Shown: positions 37,501 through 49,084 of the stretch, piece by piece
How positions within the stretch are numbered: the stretch's first letter is position 1
Layout: each line of letters starts with the position of its first letter
Origin: Antedon mediterranea
Taxonomy: Eukaryota; Animalia; Echinodermata
Direction: 5' to 3'
Assembly: GCF_964355755.1 (NCBI RefSeq)
Contig: NC_092672.1
Span: 34,540,437 to 34,604,436 of the forward strand
DNA: 64,000 bases
Translations under genes and position numbers: made by a program
Notes under the pieces: model-generated
The model's database searches: none
Seen by the model: the letters and a program-made list of their open reading frames with translations, nothing else
Told to the model about the DNA's origin: nothing

Positions 37501-39072
37501 TGGGAAAATCCATATTCAGGTAAAAACCCTTATTTATGGAAAACACCTATTCAGGGAAAACTCTATGTTTAGAACACCACTATTCAGGGGAACTTATGTA
37601 GAGGACACCATTGATCAGGGAAAACCCTTATTCAGGAAAAACCCACATTCAGGGAAAACCCACATTCAGGAAAAACCTATATTCAGGAAAAACCCATAAT
37701 CAGGGAAAACCCATTCAATACTTGTATTGCACATTGTTTTACAGAAATGTTAATTGTTTAATACAGTACTATTTTAACAAATAATTTACAATACAATATC
37801 TTACACTAGTTGAGATACCCCTATTCAGGGGAACCTCTATGTATGTGAACCCCTATTGCTACCCTTAATTTGAGCGCCATATAGATACTTACTCTCCATC
37901 TTTGAGGTCATCTACTTTGCATACTTTTACATGTGTCACAGACACTTGCTTCTTGTTGTCAACACTGCTACCGTTAGATGCACTTCCTTTTTTGGAACTT
38001 TTAGCAGATACTGTATATAAAAAAAAAATTCACAAAAAAATGTTAATATTAAATTAAATATATAAATTAAGGCCGTAGTAACAACTTTAAAATATAGGCT
38101 ATTTTACTAGCTGTTTGATGATATCCTCAAAATAATAATTAATAAAGCTCTTTCTACACTACCAAACTAGTGTGATATGTCCAAATATGGTACTGTAGTG
38201 ATGTTTTTAAATATGGTAGTGATATGTACATTTTATGCAATATTATGTACAACGTATTCTTCATGGATTCATATTGTTATTAAACAAACAATTTTAAATA
38301 TCAACAGAATATACTTGCACTGTTCTAACAGCACACATATTTGTTTTTTAGTAATAACAACATTTATTCAACATCAACAGACATTGTTTATGGTCAAGAC
38401 ACACAGACGCCAAAGTGGCTTGTCTTTGTAGTCCCTAAGATATTTATTTATTTTTGATATGACATATTCATACAGAAAGTTTATACAATATAAATAAACA
38501 CATTCATTTTTCATTATTATAAAAATTGAAAGTAAAAACAAGAGAGGTACAAGATGACCAGTACAGCTTGTTTTAACTTATGTTAACTAATTAGTTATAA
38601 TATAAATATTATCAAAATTAGCTATAGTAGGCCTACTGCATATTGTACATACCATTTTTGCTGACAGTGCCTTCATTAGATGCTGATTAAGAAAGATTAA
38701 AAAGAACACGGTATTTAAAAATTCATATAATAAGTATTAATATACTGTACTACATTAAGCTCTATCTACACTATCCAATTAATTTGACAAAAAAAAAAGT
38801 GTGATGTGGTAGTGATATGCCCAAATATGATAGTGATATTACATCATGATGTCCATATATGGGCACATCACATTTTTTTGTCACATAAAGTTTGATAGTG
38901 TAGACAGCTTAAGAATTCATGTTTATGTAAGACAACAAATAATCATCTGTGTGTCCATATTTCCTCTATAACTTCTACATCATTAAAAAAAAAATTATTC
39001 TACAAAATAAAATAATAGAATCATTATAAACTTACCCCCGTTCCCACCGTTCTTTGACGAAGAGCTTCCCAT
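25592..39072 (-). CDS. AIFM3: Apoptosis-inducing factor 3-like Rieske [2Fe-2S] / pyridine nucleotide-disulfide oxidoreductase, 14 coding exons, ~569 aa
   Basis: Exons 39072-39036, 38682-38653, 38010-37893, 37131-37022, 34659-34505, 34134-34059, 33913-33801, 29614-29436, 29108-28978, 28566-28451, 28183-27971, 26709-26592, 26041-25867 and 25730-25592, all GT-AG and in phase. Motifs: Rieske CSHYGAPL and VRCPWHGACF, FAD-binding IIGGGAAA, PYDRPKLSK, ATGG, IGASFIGVE, IYAAGD and VPYFWT. N-terminal MGSSSS is a myristoylation motif. Confidence 0.95.
26213..26377. mobile_element. Palindromic Harbinger-like MITE
   Basis: TGGTTTCCACTAGGACGCAAC...AAGCGAATTGACCAATCA / TGATTGGTCAATTCGCTT...GTTGCATCCCAGTGGGAACCA. 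An end fragment also lies at ~1794-1818. Confidence 0.7.
27273..27926 (+). mobile_element. Penelope-like retroelement, 5'-truncated (GIY-YIG endonuclease C-terminal half) with inverted pseudo-LTRs
   Basis: ORF 27394-27825 reads VGETGRALQTRINDH...SAITEH...H..NW...R..RESLHI...MNRDTG...LS.LY, a PLE endonuclease pattern. A 146-bp perfect inverted repeat lies at 27273-27418 and 27781-27926. Confidence 0.9.
27838..27877 (+). ncRNA. Degenerate minimal hammerhead-ribozyme-like motif in the Penelope pLTR (mirror copy on - strand ~27322-27361)
   Basis: TTGAGAAG-[GATCTCT gat AGAGATC]-GAAA-CGTTC: a stem II hairpin followed by GAAA and a short palindromic stem III. The core deviates from CUGANGA. Confidence 0.5.
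28740..28922 (-). mobile_element. tRNA-derived SINE, 3'-truncated, with tandemly duplicated B box
   Basis: Aligns with 37285-37457 and contains GGGTCCTGGGTTCAA twice. Confidence 0.75.
30451..31461 (-). pseudogene. pol: Truncated pol: aspartic protease plus RT N-terminal part, in the -1 frame of gag
   Basis: The frame is open from GKL at the gag stop through ALIDTGAQVS (31300-31308), IIGLDFL and the RT motifs [44 protein letters not shown], then stops. No YxDD, RNase H or integrase lies before the PPT. Confidence 0.9.
31452..32630 (-). CDS. gag: Gypsy Gag (capsid-like core with RS/SP-rich C-terminal tail), 392 aa
   Basis: Intact ORF between PBS and pol. Retrotransposon-gag-like segments (FSVWCRRLE, LSGAAFTFW, GESLQVYAADI, RRFIAGL). 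Ends at a GGAAAAC-TAG slippery site. Confidence 0.88.
   Translation of the reverse strand: MFLRSGNTAVNTPISTHSLIPGTDTSPITPSSPSITLPSPLHRSHASSQNSHTVPYKVDLPPFFLGNGTEDFSVWCRRLEVALDAANPATTPAEKARILPSRLSGAAFTFWDNLPHRIKTNFQLAQAELIKTFDQDSLKHLAFRSSLTSRPRRIGESLQVYAADIARLVREVFPTYGQVAQDGEIFRRFIAGLDTELRQKCHEHGVTNITQALRVAQNIEYSKEATQFYGPSSQSPAPVHMVQTDDLRQEVMALKDAVNKLLTIDIDRPSRSRFPEYANRPRWHDRRSPSPYHHRRDYNRRSHDRRSSPSPYRYDQRNTRSYSPGPPHYYNNRSQSPRYHNSNRSQSPHYRTPRRSGSPYPRHNRENSPHNRSGSNSPHTNRRVSFSNQPEN
33220..33232 (-). promoter_or_regulatory. Primer binding site complementary to the tRNA-Glu(UUC) 3' end
   Basis: TGGTTCCCACACC lies 2 nt after the 5' LTR. Animal tRNA-Glu(TTC) ends ...GGTGTGGGAA-CCA. Confidence 0.8.
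34754..36018. mobile_element. Kolobok-like element or composite in an AIFM3 intron
   Basis: Starts TTAA|AGATGTATTGTCCC, has an internal GGGACAATA at ~35838 and a degenerate end GGGGACATCT|TTAA. Shorter relatives lie at ~1426-1697, ~16910-17179 and ~40241-40400. Confidence 0.65.
37183..37459 (-). mobile_element. tRNA-derived SINE
   Basis: On the minus strand: A box TGGCTTGGTGG, B box GGTTGAAGTCC and an A-rich tail. A homologous copy lies at 28740-28922. Confidence 0.75.
37477..37715. repeat. ~20-bp degenerate tandem repeat (TATTCAGGGAAAACCC...)
   Basis: About a dozen TATTCAGG(G)AAAA units adjacent to the SINE head. Confidence 0.8.
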
Positions 39073-42000
39073 ATTAAACACAGTAATCCACACTACAAGC
39101 AAAGCAGTCTAACTGATTCTACTGAAGAATGATGGTCTTTACACAAACAGTAATACCTGGCAATCAATTCCCCTCAAGCAAACTTAATCTATCGCACATT
39201 CACACGAATTGTATTGAAACCTGCAAGATATAATAACATCAATACTTAAGTACAGTTACTTAACTAAACAAAATAGCATGCAGTAGGGAGCATTGAGCAA
39301 CAACATTCAACTAATGAACTCAAATGAATAGGCCAATTAAAAAAACAAAACACGTACTGATTACCATGGTAACACTATCATCCACTCTTCTTATCCAATA
39401 TGTTGGGAAAGTGCAGTTAGAATTAAAAAAAGGTCATGAATAAATAAATTTAAATTTTACTAAAATACCTAATCATTAAAATAATTAATTTTGATGTTGA
39501 AAATGTTTGTAGTTGGTCGCTTTTTTGTAGATACTTTAATTGTAGAACGTGATGTGCCCAACTATTAAATATGGTAGTGATATGACATTATTATGTCCAT
39601 ATATGGGCACATCACATTTTTTATGTCACAAAGTTTGATAGTGTAGACAGAACAACAAAAGTGTCCCCTTGTAATTATTATTTTGTTAATTACTAGGGGC
39701 CAGAGGCCTAAAGTAAATAAAGTCAGGCGAAATAGTATATTTATTTGTACACTGTAATTTGATTTGAAAAAGAAATGACTAGATTAATATTCGGCTAGCT
39801 GTGGTGGTAAATTTGTAGGGTTTTTGAGGTATGTGAAAACAGAAAGTCATGGATGGGTTAGGTATTCAAACAACCAAAAACTTATCATATGAACTGATTT
39901 TATTTATCTAAATGACAATGCTTCTTTCAGTGAAACCCAGGCAAAATAACAAGAATTGGAAAATATTTTCTATCAAAATGCAATTTGATATTCTACTGTA
40001 TTATAGCTGTAGTAAATAAAAAATGTTTAAGTTGTGTAGAAACTTGTGAAAAGTTTTTACAATATTTTGGCATCATAATAGTAAGCTTGGAAATATGCAC
40101 AAAGCACAATAGATTATGCTTATTGAAGGTGAACTTGCTCCAATTAATCACAATAAAACTTGAGTTTAAACCATGGGATAATCTATTGACCTTGAAGATG
40201 ATTCAGCAATTCACATTTTTGATACATATTTTTTGTTATATTAAAGATATGTTGTCCCTCTAAAAAAATAATTTGTTATTAACATCATTTTAATGTCACA
40301 TAGGCCTAACAGTTATTCTATTAGTATTATTCACTTTGACCAAAAACTGGATCGAAAAAAAAAATTATTTTCAAAAAAATGTAATTTAAAGCAAAAAACA
40401 CCTAAATTGTTTGTTAGACAATGGTTTTTCCTTGGTGGTGCACCATGCCTGCATATTATGGATTGATTGTTTGTAACATACAATATAATAATATATACAA
40501 TTTACACAATAAACAAAATATATTTTGATAACCCTTTAATTAAGTTGGAACGCAGTCACTATGCACTGTGATCAAACTTGTTTTCCTTAACAAAAAAACA
40601 TATCAGGGCACTAACTTGCCTGGTGCAATTTTTACCTCCATCCAAGCCTGGTCCATTCAGCCAAGCGACATGCCCCTCCCACATGTACCACCAGCCTGAT
40701 TCAGTGATTTCTCATATTATGTGAAATTGGCACTAATGTGCCTACCCGCCGGCTGCATGACTACCACCAGCCTAGTAACTATGCCACTCTAGGTTACCTA
40801 CTACCTCTAGCTAGTCCCTACTTCAAGTATTTGTTCTATGTTATGTACACATTATTGAATTTAAACAAATCAAAAAAGTTAAATCACTTACTAATTGAAT
40901 CAATAGCTTCTCTACGGCTGTGATCCCAGCTCGTATTATTGTTGACTCGTCGTCGTTTGTTTGCTTTATGATTTATTGAGTTCCGCCGGCGGTTGTCTGA
41001 TCTCTAGGCCGGCCGCTCTTTGGTAGTGTGCAGTCAAGCGTGAACATGTCAACAATACCACGAGGATCGAATGGCCTTTTCTCCAAATAATGACATCATA
41101 GTCCAAGAAGTTTATCTAACGCTGACCAGTGTCCACTTGACACTTTAATTACAAAACTTTACAAAGACAATACTTGATTTCAATGCAGAAATGCTGTGTG
41201 TTTATTTATTCTATAATACATCAAATATGTATCTAAAGAAACAGTTATATAAAACCTCTATACACATTTTCAAAATAAAATTTACAACAAAAAAAAGGAA
41301 CGATAGTTGGATTCCATCATAGAACCAAGTTCAAGATTGTTTATGACCGAGTATAATCCCATGTTTGAGTATAATAATCCCACCCTAACCTACGAATTTA
41401 CAGTAGGAGAAATTCAGACACAAGTCTTTGGTTAATTCCATTATTAATGAATACAATATGAATATTATGATCCAATTCTGTAATTTCTTCCAAAAAAATT
41501 CATACCCAGACCTAGGGACTATAATCGGTCATGTGCAGTACTATTTTATACAAAATGTAACAACATACAATAGCTCCTCTCGTATATAGCTAAGCAAACA
41601 ACTTTGATATTCATTTTAAGCACTGTCACTCTACACTATAAAACTAGTTTTTACAAAAAAGTGTGATGTGCCCATATATGGTAGTGATATGACATCATCG
41701 TGTCCATATATGGGAACATCACATTTTATAGTGTAGACAGAGCTTCAAAAGCTTTAAAAATTACAAAATTGTTACAAGAAATCTGACAAAGCATAATATA
41801 CACATTACAATTATGTTAATTCAAATGCATAACAGATTCAAATTTTTGCCAAAATTAATTTTACATTAAACCATAGACAAATGAAACATAGTTCTTCATT
41901 TCGAAATAAATTTCAAATATTTCAAAATAAAGAATTTATATCAACAGTATTATAATTAATTTTTTATTATACTGTAATAATTTTTATAAATCATATGGTT

Positions 42001-42553
42001 TCATAGCAATTGTTTTTATATATACACATCCTAAAACTAAAACAAATTCATTAATAGAGTGCCACAATTTAATAGGCCTGTCATTAATTTACGTATAATA
42101 AAACATTATGAAAAAACATGTTTTATATAGACACAATTCAAAATTTACCACATTTACAATCTCATGATTAATTATAAAAAGCATTCAAATATTTTCCACT
42201 TTATGTTGGCTTTCACATAATCCATCCAGTAAATTACCAAGTTGACAATAAAACATAAAATAAATAATATAAACAATTGATTATTAAACTGAATGAGTAG
42301 GGGAGTGCCCTGCTAAATATGGATTGGTTATAGTATTAAAACATATATTGCCCCTCATTTTGTACATTGGAAAGTGTCCTCTTAATAGGGATGTCTCAAA
42401 AACTTTCACGAAAAAGAATTCCAATTTGTAATATAGAAACATCATTCATTTTGTGAAAGACAGTAAAATTTCATAAATAAACTAGCTGGCTGGTTATCTC
42501 TACATATGTTATTACTGTGTAGTGAAGGAATAAGAAACTCTCTGCCAGACTAA

Positions 42554-42692
42554 AGCTCTGTCTACACTATGAAACTTTATGTGACAAAAACATGTGATGT
42601 GCCCATAAATGGACATGGTGATGTCAAATCACTACCATATTTAGGTACATCACACTTTTTTTTCAAACTAGTTTGATAGTGTAGACAGGGCT
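42554..42692. mobile_element. PIF/Harbinger-like MITE family A (representative copy; >20 copies or fragments in window)
   Basis: TIR AGCTCTGTCTACACTATCAAACT with TAA TSD here and internal repeats of CCAAATATGGTAGTGATAT. Other copies near 3443, 6981, 8649, 11558, 13425, 24374, 26744, 29207, 29700, 33967, 38146, 38758, 39550, 41625, 43381, 47837, 51124, 51644, 52893, 53067, 53793, 56754 and 57010. Confidence 0.85.
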
Positions 42693-42825
42693 TAAGATCA
42701 AGTCATCACAAATGATCATAATACTGTACATTCTATCGTAACAAAAATGTACTAAGAGAGAAAGCAATCCATCCAGTACTTTTGTGTTTGCTGCCCTCTG
42801 GTGTTAACTTTAAATGTGGCATCAG

Positions 42826-45444
42826 CTATTTGTAGATTCCAAGAGATTTGGCAAATGAGGCTCCATCACCTTTAGTTGCTTGCTAAAAAAAAAATATAAA
42901 AAGGCAAATTATAAATATAAAATTAAACAATCAATTAAACACAATTAAAGCAACAAATTGTTGATTGATTTTGCTATCATGCTAAACTACTAAATGCAAA
43001 CAGGTTCAAAATGACACTAAAATGTGTTAAAAACCACAAAATTCACCATTAAATTGAACTACCTGTGCCAACTACAAATGACTACTATTTAAGCACCTTA
43101 GTATATTCTTACTACTGTACCTTATTGATTTCTTTATGCCTACTTCTGCTCACAATTTCTTCAATTATTTCACCATCTCCTCTCACTAATCTATAAAAAA
43201 AGCAATTACATTATCCATTACTACATGTTCACACACCCGTCACCATGGGAAGAACTTGGGTAGTGCACTCCCCCCTTTTGACAGCTAAAACAACATTATG
43301 AACCTTTTTTATATCTAGTTTTGACAGACTACTATCATGCTAGCACTCAAAAATTAATGGATACGGCCATGTTGGCCCCAGCTGTGTCCACACTATCAAA
43401 CAAAAAAATGTGATGTGCCTATATATGGACATGATGTCATATAGTATCACCACCAGTTTTCTTGTCAAACTAGTTTGATAGTGTAGACAGAGCTTAACAG
43501 ACACCGTTCTGTACTCCCTATTCAAAGCTTCCTGGATCTATCCATGAAAGCATGGCTGTAACTACAATATTATTTACCTATTTCTTTCAGTGTCTGGGTC
43601 ATACACTCTACGAACTGTATTCTGTTTCTTTTCATATTCTTCCTTTGTCATCGGACCTTTACTTTTAGGTGCTTCTTCTTCAACTTTATTGCCTAAAAAC
43701 AAATTTGAAATAGTTAAAATAAATATAATAGGATGGGTACCGCTTGATGGAATTCTTGAATGAAACACTTTAAATACAAAGGGATTAAAATGTTTACTTT
43801 AGGCTACATTCAATTAAAACAACATTTATTTACTTTCAAAAGACACACACATACAGACATCAGCTACTAAGTTTACATGAAACACTGTACTTAATTAAAA
43901 CATAATAATAATAATTAATACTAACCCTCCACCTCAGTACTGTTAATTGGTTTTTTTAACGAATTGTCTGATTTTGATTTTTCAGATTTTTTCTCTTTCT
44001 TATCTTTCTTCTTTTTCTTATCTTTAGATTTCTTTTTCTTTTTTTCCTTTTTTTTCTTCTTTGATTTGTTCAAGTCTGGTGATGAACTAGAAGATCGTTT
44101 TGATTTCTTGTTTTTATCAGAATTTGATTTTGCAGAATCTTTCGGTGATTTTAACGTTTCCTTTTTCTTAGAATCACTTGGATCTGAATCGGAGTGTTTT
44201 CGTTTCTTTGATTTGTCTTTCTCTCCATCTTTTTTATCAGAGGAGTGGCTTCTTTTACTTTTATTATCTTTCTCCTTATCGCTCTTACATTCTGACGATC
44301 GACTCCTTGATATACTTCTATGCTCTCTCTTTTTATTTAAATCAGAATTCAAATCATTATGTTTAGGTTTTGAAGAAGAATGTTTTGGAGAATTTTTTCT
44401 TTTTAAATTTGGAGACTTTGCTCTAATTTCATCAATTTTTTTTCTAATATCAGATATACTTAATTTTGAACTTTTATCAACTTTGTTAGTTTCTGTGAAT
44501 CGCTCAGATTTATTTTTCGAATCGTCCTCGTTTACTTTTGTTGAATACGCTTTTGGAATTTTTGAATCAGGTTCTGAAGATGACTTGCTTCTTTTTCTCT
44601 TGTTCTTTCTTTCATGTTTTTCTTTATCTTCCCTTTTATTGTCCTCTTTATCTTCTCTTTTATCATCCTTTTTATTTTCCTTCTTATTGTCTCTTTTATC
44701 ATCCTTTTTATTTTCCTTTTTATCTTCCCTTTTATCGTCCTTTTTATTTTCCTTTTTATCTTCTTTTTTATCGTTTTTTTTAATTTCTTTTTTGTCTTCC
44801 TTTTTATTTTCCTTCTTGCTTTCCTTTTTATTGTCCTTTTTATTTTCACTTAGTTTCTTATCATCAGTAGCAGGATCTGCGTAAGCTTTTGGTAGTACCG
44901 ATTTCCCAGTGGCTAGTTTCACAAGAGTATTTCGAGATTCTCGAGTCCCACTAGAAGAATTACTATCCGACGAACTATGTCTTCGTTTATTTGAATTAGA
45001 CTTTTCCTTTTTGTCAATTTTTGAATCAATTTTTTCAACAGCGGATGCATATGACTTTGGAAGAATCCTGGCAAGAATGTTCTTAATATCTTCATCTTTG
45101 CTTTGAGATTGTTTGTCCCTTAGTGATTTTGTTCGGTCAGTATGTCTGTCATCATCTGATGACTGTGACTTTTTGTTTCTGGCACTCCAAGGTCCAGGAT
45201 TAGTATTGCTTTCTCTAGATTTTGAAGAACGGGTTTTCAAGTCTGTGCTTCTTGACCGAGAAGATAATTTCTTTTCTTTAGATCGTGACCTGCGACCTTC
45301 ATTTCTTGAAGTGTTATCTCTTTCTTTATATCTATGACTGGAATTCTGTTTTTTAACATTTTCTTTCAGCTCAGAACGAGATGTTGATCGGGAATGCTTG
45401 CGTGATGCTGACCTGCTTCTACTTCGTGATCTTGAACGAGCCAT
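42826..45444 (-). CDS. ARL6IP4: ARL6-interacting protein 4 / SR-25 splicing-related protein, 4 coding exons, ~586 aa
   Basis: Exons 45444-43926, 43692-43578, 43190-43121 and 42882-42826. An RS/K-rich N-terminal region is followed by the conserved SR-25 C-terminus [59 protein letters not shown]. Confidence 0.92.
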
Positions 45445-45746
45445 CTATATTTACAATTGGCTATAAAAATAATATTATTATTAATAAAATTAACGTTTTC
45501 AATAGGTAGATGTCTGTGTACTTTATGGCCGGTTATTATATTCATTTTTCAAGCGTATCCCCAAGTTGGCTAAGCTAGGCTCGTATCCACCAAGAAGGCA
45601 CCCACTCTCCCCTCTCCTTTACTGCTGGCAGTCCAGTGGACAGCCGGCGATAGGAGTGAACATCGTTTGGTTACTCAATCAACATATTCAACGTGTTACT
45701 GTAGAAAAATGGATATTTTTAACATCTAAAATCTTAAATGCGTTAC

Positions 45747-45980
45747 CTTGTATATCTATAACTTAATTAGTATTATTTTACGATGTTTTATAGAAGATTT
45801 CATTCCTCAAAATGTGCTAGCTAGGCCTACAAAAATTGAGCATCGCCAATCGCCAACTCGTTCTGGCTGTAGAGGGCGCACATTATAAACACATGGGGTT
45901 TTTTTTGGTGAACTTGTTGTTATGTTGTGCACACTTTGGATCATCTCGAGGATAAGTTTAGAAAGTTTATTTTGGTTATA
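45747..45980. promoter_or_regulatory. Bidirectional promoter region ARL6IP4 / POP5
   Basis: The two ATGs are 536 bp apart head-to-head. A likely ARL6IP4 5' UTR donor (AAG|GTAAC) lies at ~45746, with CCAAT and a CTCF-like TGTAGAGGGCGC at ~45845-45879. Confidence 0.6.
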
Positions 45981-48278
45981 ATGGTCCGTTTAAGAAACAG
46001 GTAGCACTGTATTTCCCACTAACTATAATTTTTAAATGTCTTAATAGAATATACTTTAATTCGTTGTAGATGATGATGAATTAACATCCACCGGACCTGG
46101 CTAAAGCTAGGCCCTCTCCTTTCTGACTTACTACTGGACATGGATGAGGTACACATTGAGATGCAGACAGCACGCAGCACCAAGAGGAAGTGATCCTATT
46201 ATGAAAAATAGACAAATATTTTATTTTTAATCTTTTAAGTCATGTTTTTGTAGCAATTTTGTGATTTTATTATTTTTTAAAAGGTATCTTCTTTGTGAAA
46301 TAAACTTTGATGATCAGCGTACAAATATTGCAGTTATGTCAAATGATCTTCTTAATGAAATTAAGCAGTCTGTTGTGACTATGCATGGAGATTATGGGAT
46401 CGGTTCTGTCATGCCTGGCTTTAATGGTACGTTGAATAAATATACATTTGTTGAATAACCATTCAATTTATTCCAAATAGATTTTAGTCGACAAATTAAC
46501 AGTACCTCTACAAACAACAACAGAAAATGTAAAAATGCTCAGCTTGGCCCTTGGGGGAACTCTCTCGTAATCACTTCCCAAAATTTTTAATTTAATGATA
46601 ATGTTATGCGCGATTTGAACGATTTGCGCAATTTGAAATTGCGCAAAAAAAATCCTTGCGCAATTTGAATTGAAACATGTGTTTCAAATTGCACAAGCAA
46701 CGTATTAAATTGCGCAAGTAATCTGCAAATTGCGCAAGGTTTTTCGACAGATTGTGAAATCATGCACACCCATATTTTTATAGTAATTTCTAAGAATGAT
46801 TCAAAATTAAAGATAAATATCGCATTTCCTTATTTTAGTAGTGCAAATATTGTTATAAGTTAGCATACCGTCGAAGAACCGACGAAGGAAAACGAAGCGG
46901 TGGTGTTCCACCAGGCGGGCGCGGCGCGGGCGGCCGGCTATACTACTCTAGCCTTGCTAGGGTCTGGACTACTGATACTGACTAGGTTACATGGCCTAGC
47001 TTAAACTAATATTAAAAAGTGAGTATTAACATTATCTTCATTGAAATGGTCTTATTTACCCTATATAATAAAATACTAAATTTTAAACTCCTCTGCCTAG
47101 GCTTAGCCTAGCCATGTATGGGAAAATTTACAGTTTGTTTTCAAATTGCGCAAAGGTGTCATATTGCGCAAGAACTATCTTGCGCAATTTACAAATTGTG
47201 CAGCGCAATTTAAAATTGCGCAAAGATTTTCTTGCGCAATTTGAAATTGCGCAAGTTGATTGCGCAATTTGAAATTGCGCAAAAAAATCCTTGCGCAATT
47301 TTTAATTGCGCAAGAATTCTTTGCGCAATTTCAAATTGCGCAAAGATTTTTTTGCGCAATTTTAAATTGCGCAAATCGTTCAAATCGCGCATAACAATAA
47401 TATTGATAAAATGTCATACACTGAGTCCTGGATATCTGGCACAGTATTAATTCCTTAGACCCAGGGGAATATCTGATAAACATACTATAATCATGATACA
47501 TAGTTTATATCCACTTTAAAACACTGTTAAGCCAGTACTGTATTTAAAAAATGTCTTTTAGTGAAATATTTGAACCCGTATACAAGAATATTCATAGTAC
47601 GTTCAAGAAGAAGGTCTTACAAGTTTGTGTCTACTGCTTTACCTTTCATGAAGAAACTTCTTGATAAACCCTGCAGAATCACAACATTGCATTGCGGAGG
47701 TAGGAAATCAGTTGTTCACTCTGCGTGTTCAAAGGCGAGAAAAAATGTTTTTGAAATTTGTTAAACCTTCCTACACTATCAAACTGGTCTGGTTATCATT
47801 TAATTTATCTAATAATTACCATATTGTAAAATGTAAAGCTCTGTTCACATATCAAACTTTATGTGACAAAAAAATGTGAATGTGATGTGCTTATATATGG
47901 ACATGATGATGTCATATCACTACCATATTTGGAAATATCACACCATTTTTTTTGTCAAACCAGTTTGAAAGTGTAGACCGAGCTTTATGGTGGATTTGTG
48001 AGATTTATGGTCAATGCAGAATATGCCACTTTGAATCTGTTATAGATTGAGAAGTCATTAACATTCATTTCAGTATTTATGCATTATATTTAGGGACAAT
48101 TCGTTCTTGTCAGAAATTCCTCCTCAAATATCAACGCCAACAACTCTCTGCCGTCCTTCTAAAGTGTAAAACAGATCCAGAGCAAAAGAAAGTTAAGGAG
48201 TCAATACTGAAATGTACACTGAAGGATGTGGAGGGGGAGGGATGCTTGGAAGAGGAAGAAGACATTGACAGTAGCTGA
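45981..48278 (+). CDS. POP5: Ribonuclease P/MRP protein subunit POP5, 4 exons, 161 aa
   Basis: Exons 45981-46000, 46284-46426, 47562-47699 and 48094-48278. Translation MVRLRNRYLLCEI...MHGDYG...VKYLNPYTRIFIVR...TLHCGGTIRSCQKFL is the POP5/Rpp14 family pattern. Confidence 0.93.
46602..47396. mobile_element. Ginger-like non-autonomous DNA transposon in POP5 intron 2
   Basis: TGT...ACA termini, TIR TGTTATGCGCGATTTGAACGATTTGCGCAATT, 4-bp TSD ATAA and arrays of the palindrome TTGCGCAA. Relatives at 63831-64000, ~63367-63406 and ~21940-21980. Confidence 0.8.
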
Positions 48279-49084
48279 GATGAAACCAGTTACAGCACCA
48301 AAGAGCTATTAAACCAGTTACAGCACCAGAGAGCTACAAGGTGTGGGAAATTGGATTTCCAGGGAAGAGATGCTTCCATGTTCAATCTTTACAAATATAG
48401 AAAGGCCAAGCTTATTATACTTATAGGCTAAAACGTACTTGGATGAAATTATATAGATTTCAAATGGTAGAGTTTGGAAGAATCCATCAGTCCTACAATT
48501 TGTAGGCAACAAGGTTTTGGAAATCACAGCTGTTACATTTTAAAGACCTATCACAGCTTTTATTTTTCCAAGAAGAGAATTTCTACATTGTATGAGTACC
48601 AGTCAGCTGTGGACAGACCACTTTAACACATGCAATTTAAACATACACTTTATTTATTTAAAATAGTTTGCTGAGAACAAGTGTGGATAAACTGAAGCTA
48701 TAAACTAAAGAGAACAATTTGTTTACAACACTGTATTTCAAATAAAGATGGCAAATATAACTTTTGTATGGTTTACTTTATTTGTTTAAAACTTCTTAAT
48801 TGTGTGGCAAGTAACAGATTAAAACTATCAAGTTCCTTAACATTAATTACTCTATGGAATTCAAAATTCTAGGCTGTCCTAAAACAGCTCTTCTTCACAC
48901 AGATATACAAGAACAAAGGTGACCGTAAATACTATTAGATTTCTGATGCCTACTAGTATAGGCCTACATAAGCCCCACCAATAAGCACAAAGCTTCAACG
49001 TTTCTGGGCTTGTACTAAAGAAGTGGATATCACATTTTGCAGCAATATTTGAGTCAGGCTTATAGTCCTTTAAACATACACTTT

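Noticed and set aside
40892-41050. Upstream coding exon for AIFM3
   Set aside because: All minus frames hit stops. It is more likely a non-coding 5' UTR exon or promoter (donor at ~40891, acceptor at 39221).
43964-45337. Long F/L/S-rich ORFs on + strand and alternative-frame ORFs
   Set aside because: Antisense or frame shadows of the low-complexity ARL6IP4 exon.
46587-47450. LRNFKLRK-repeat ORFs, also at 63738-63998
   Set aside because: Translation of TTGCGCAA palindrome arrays in a transposon.
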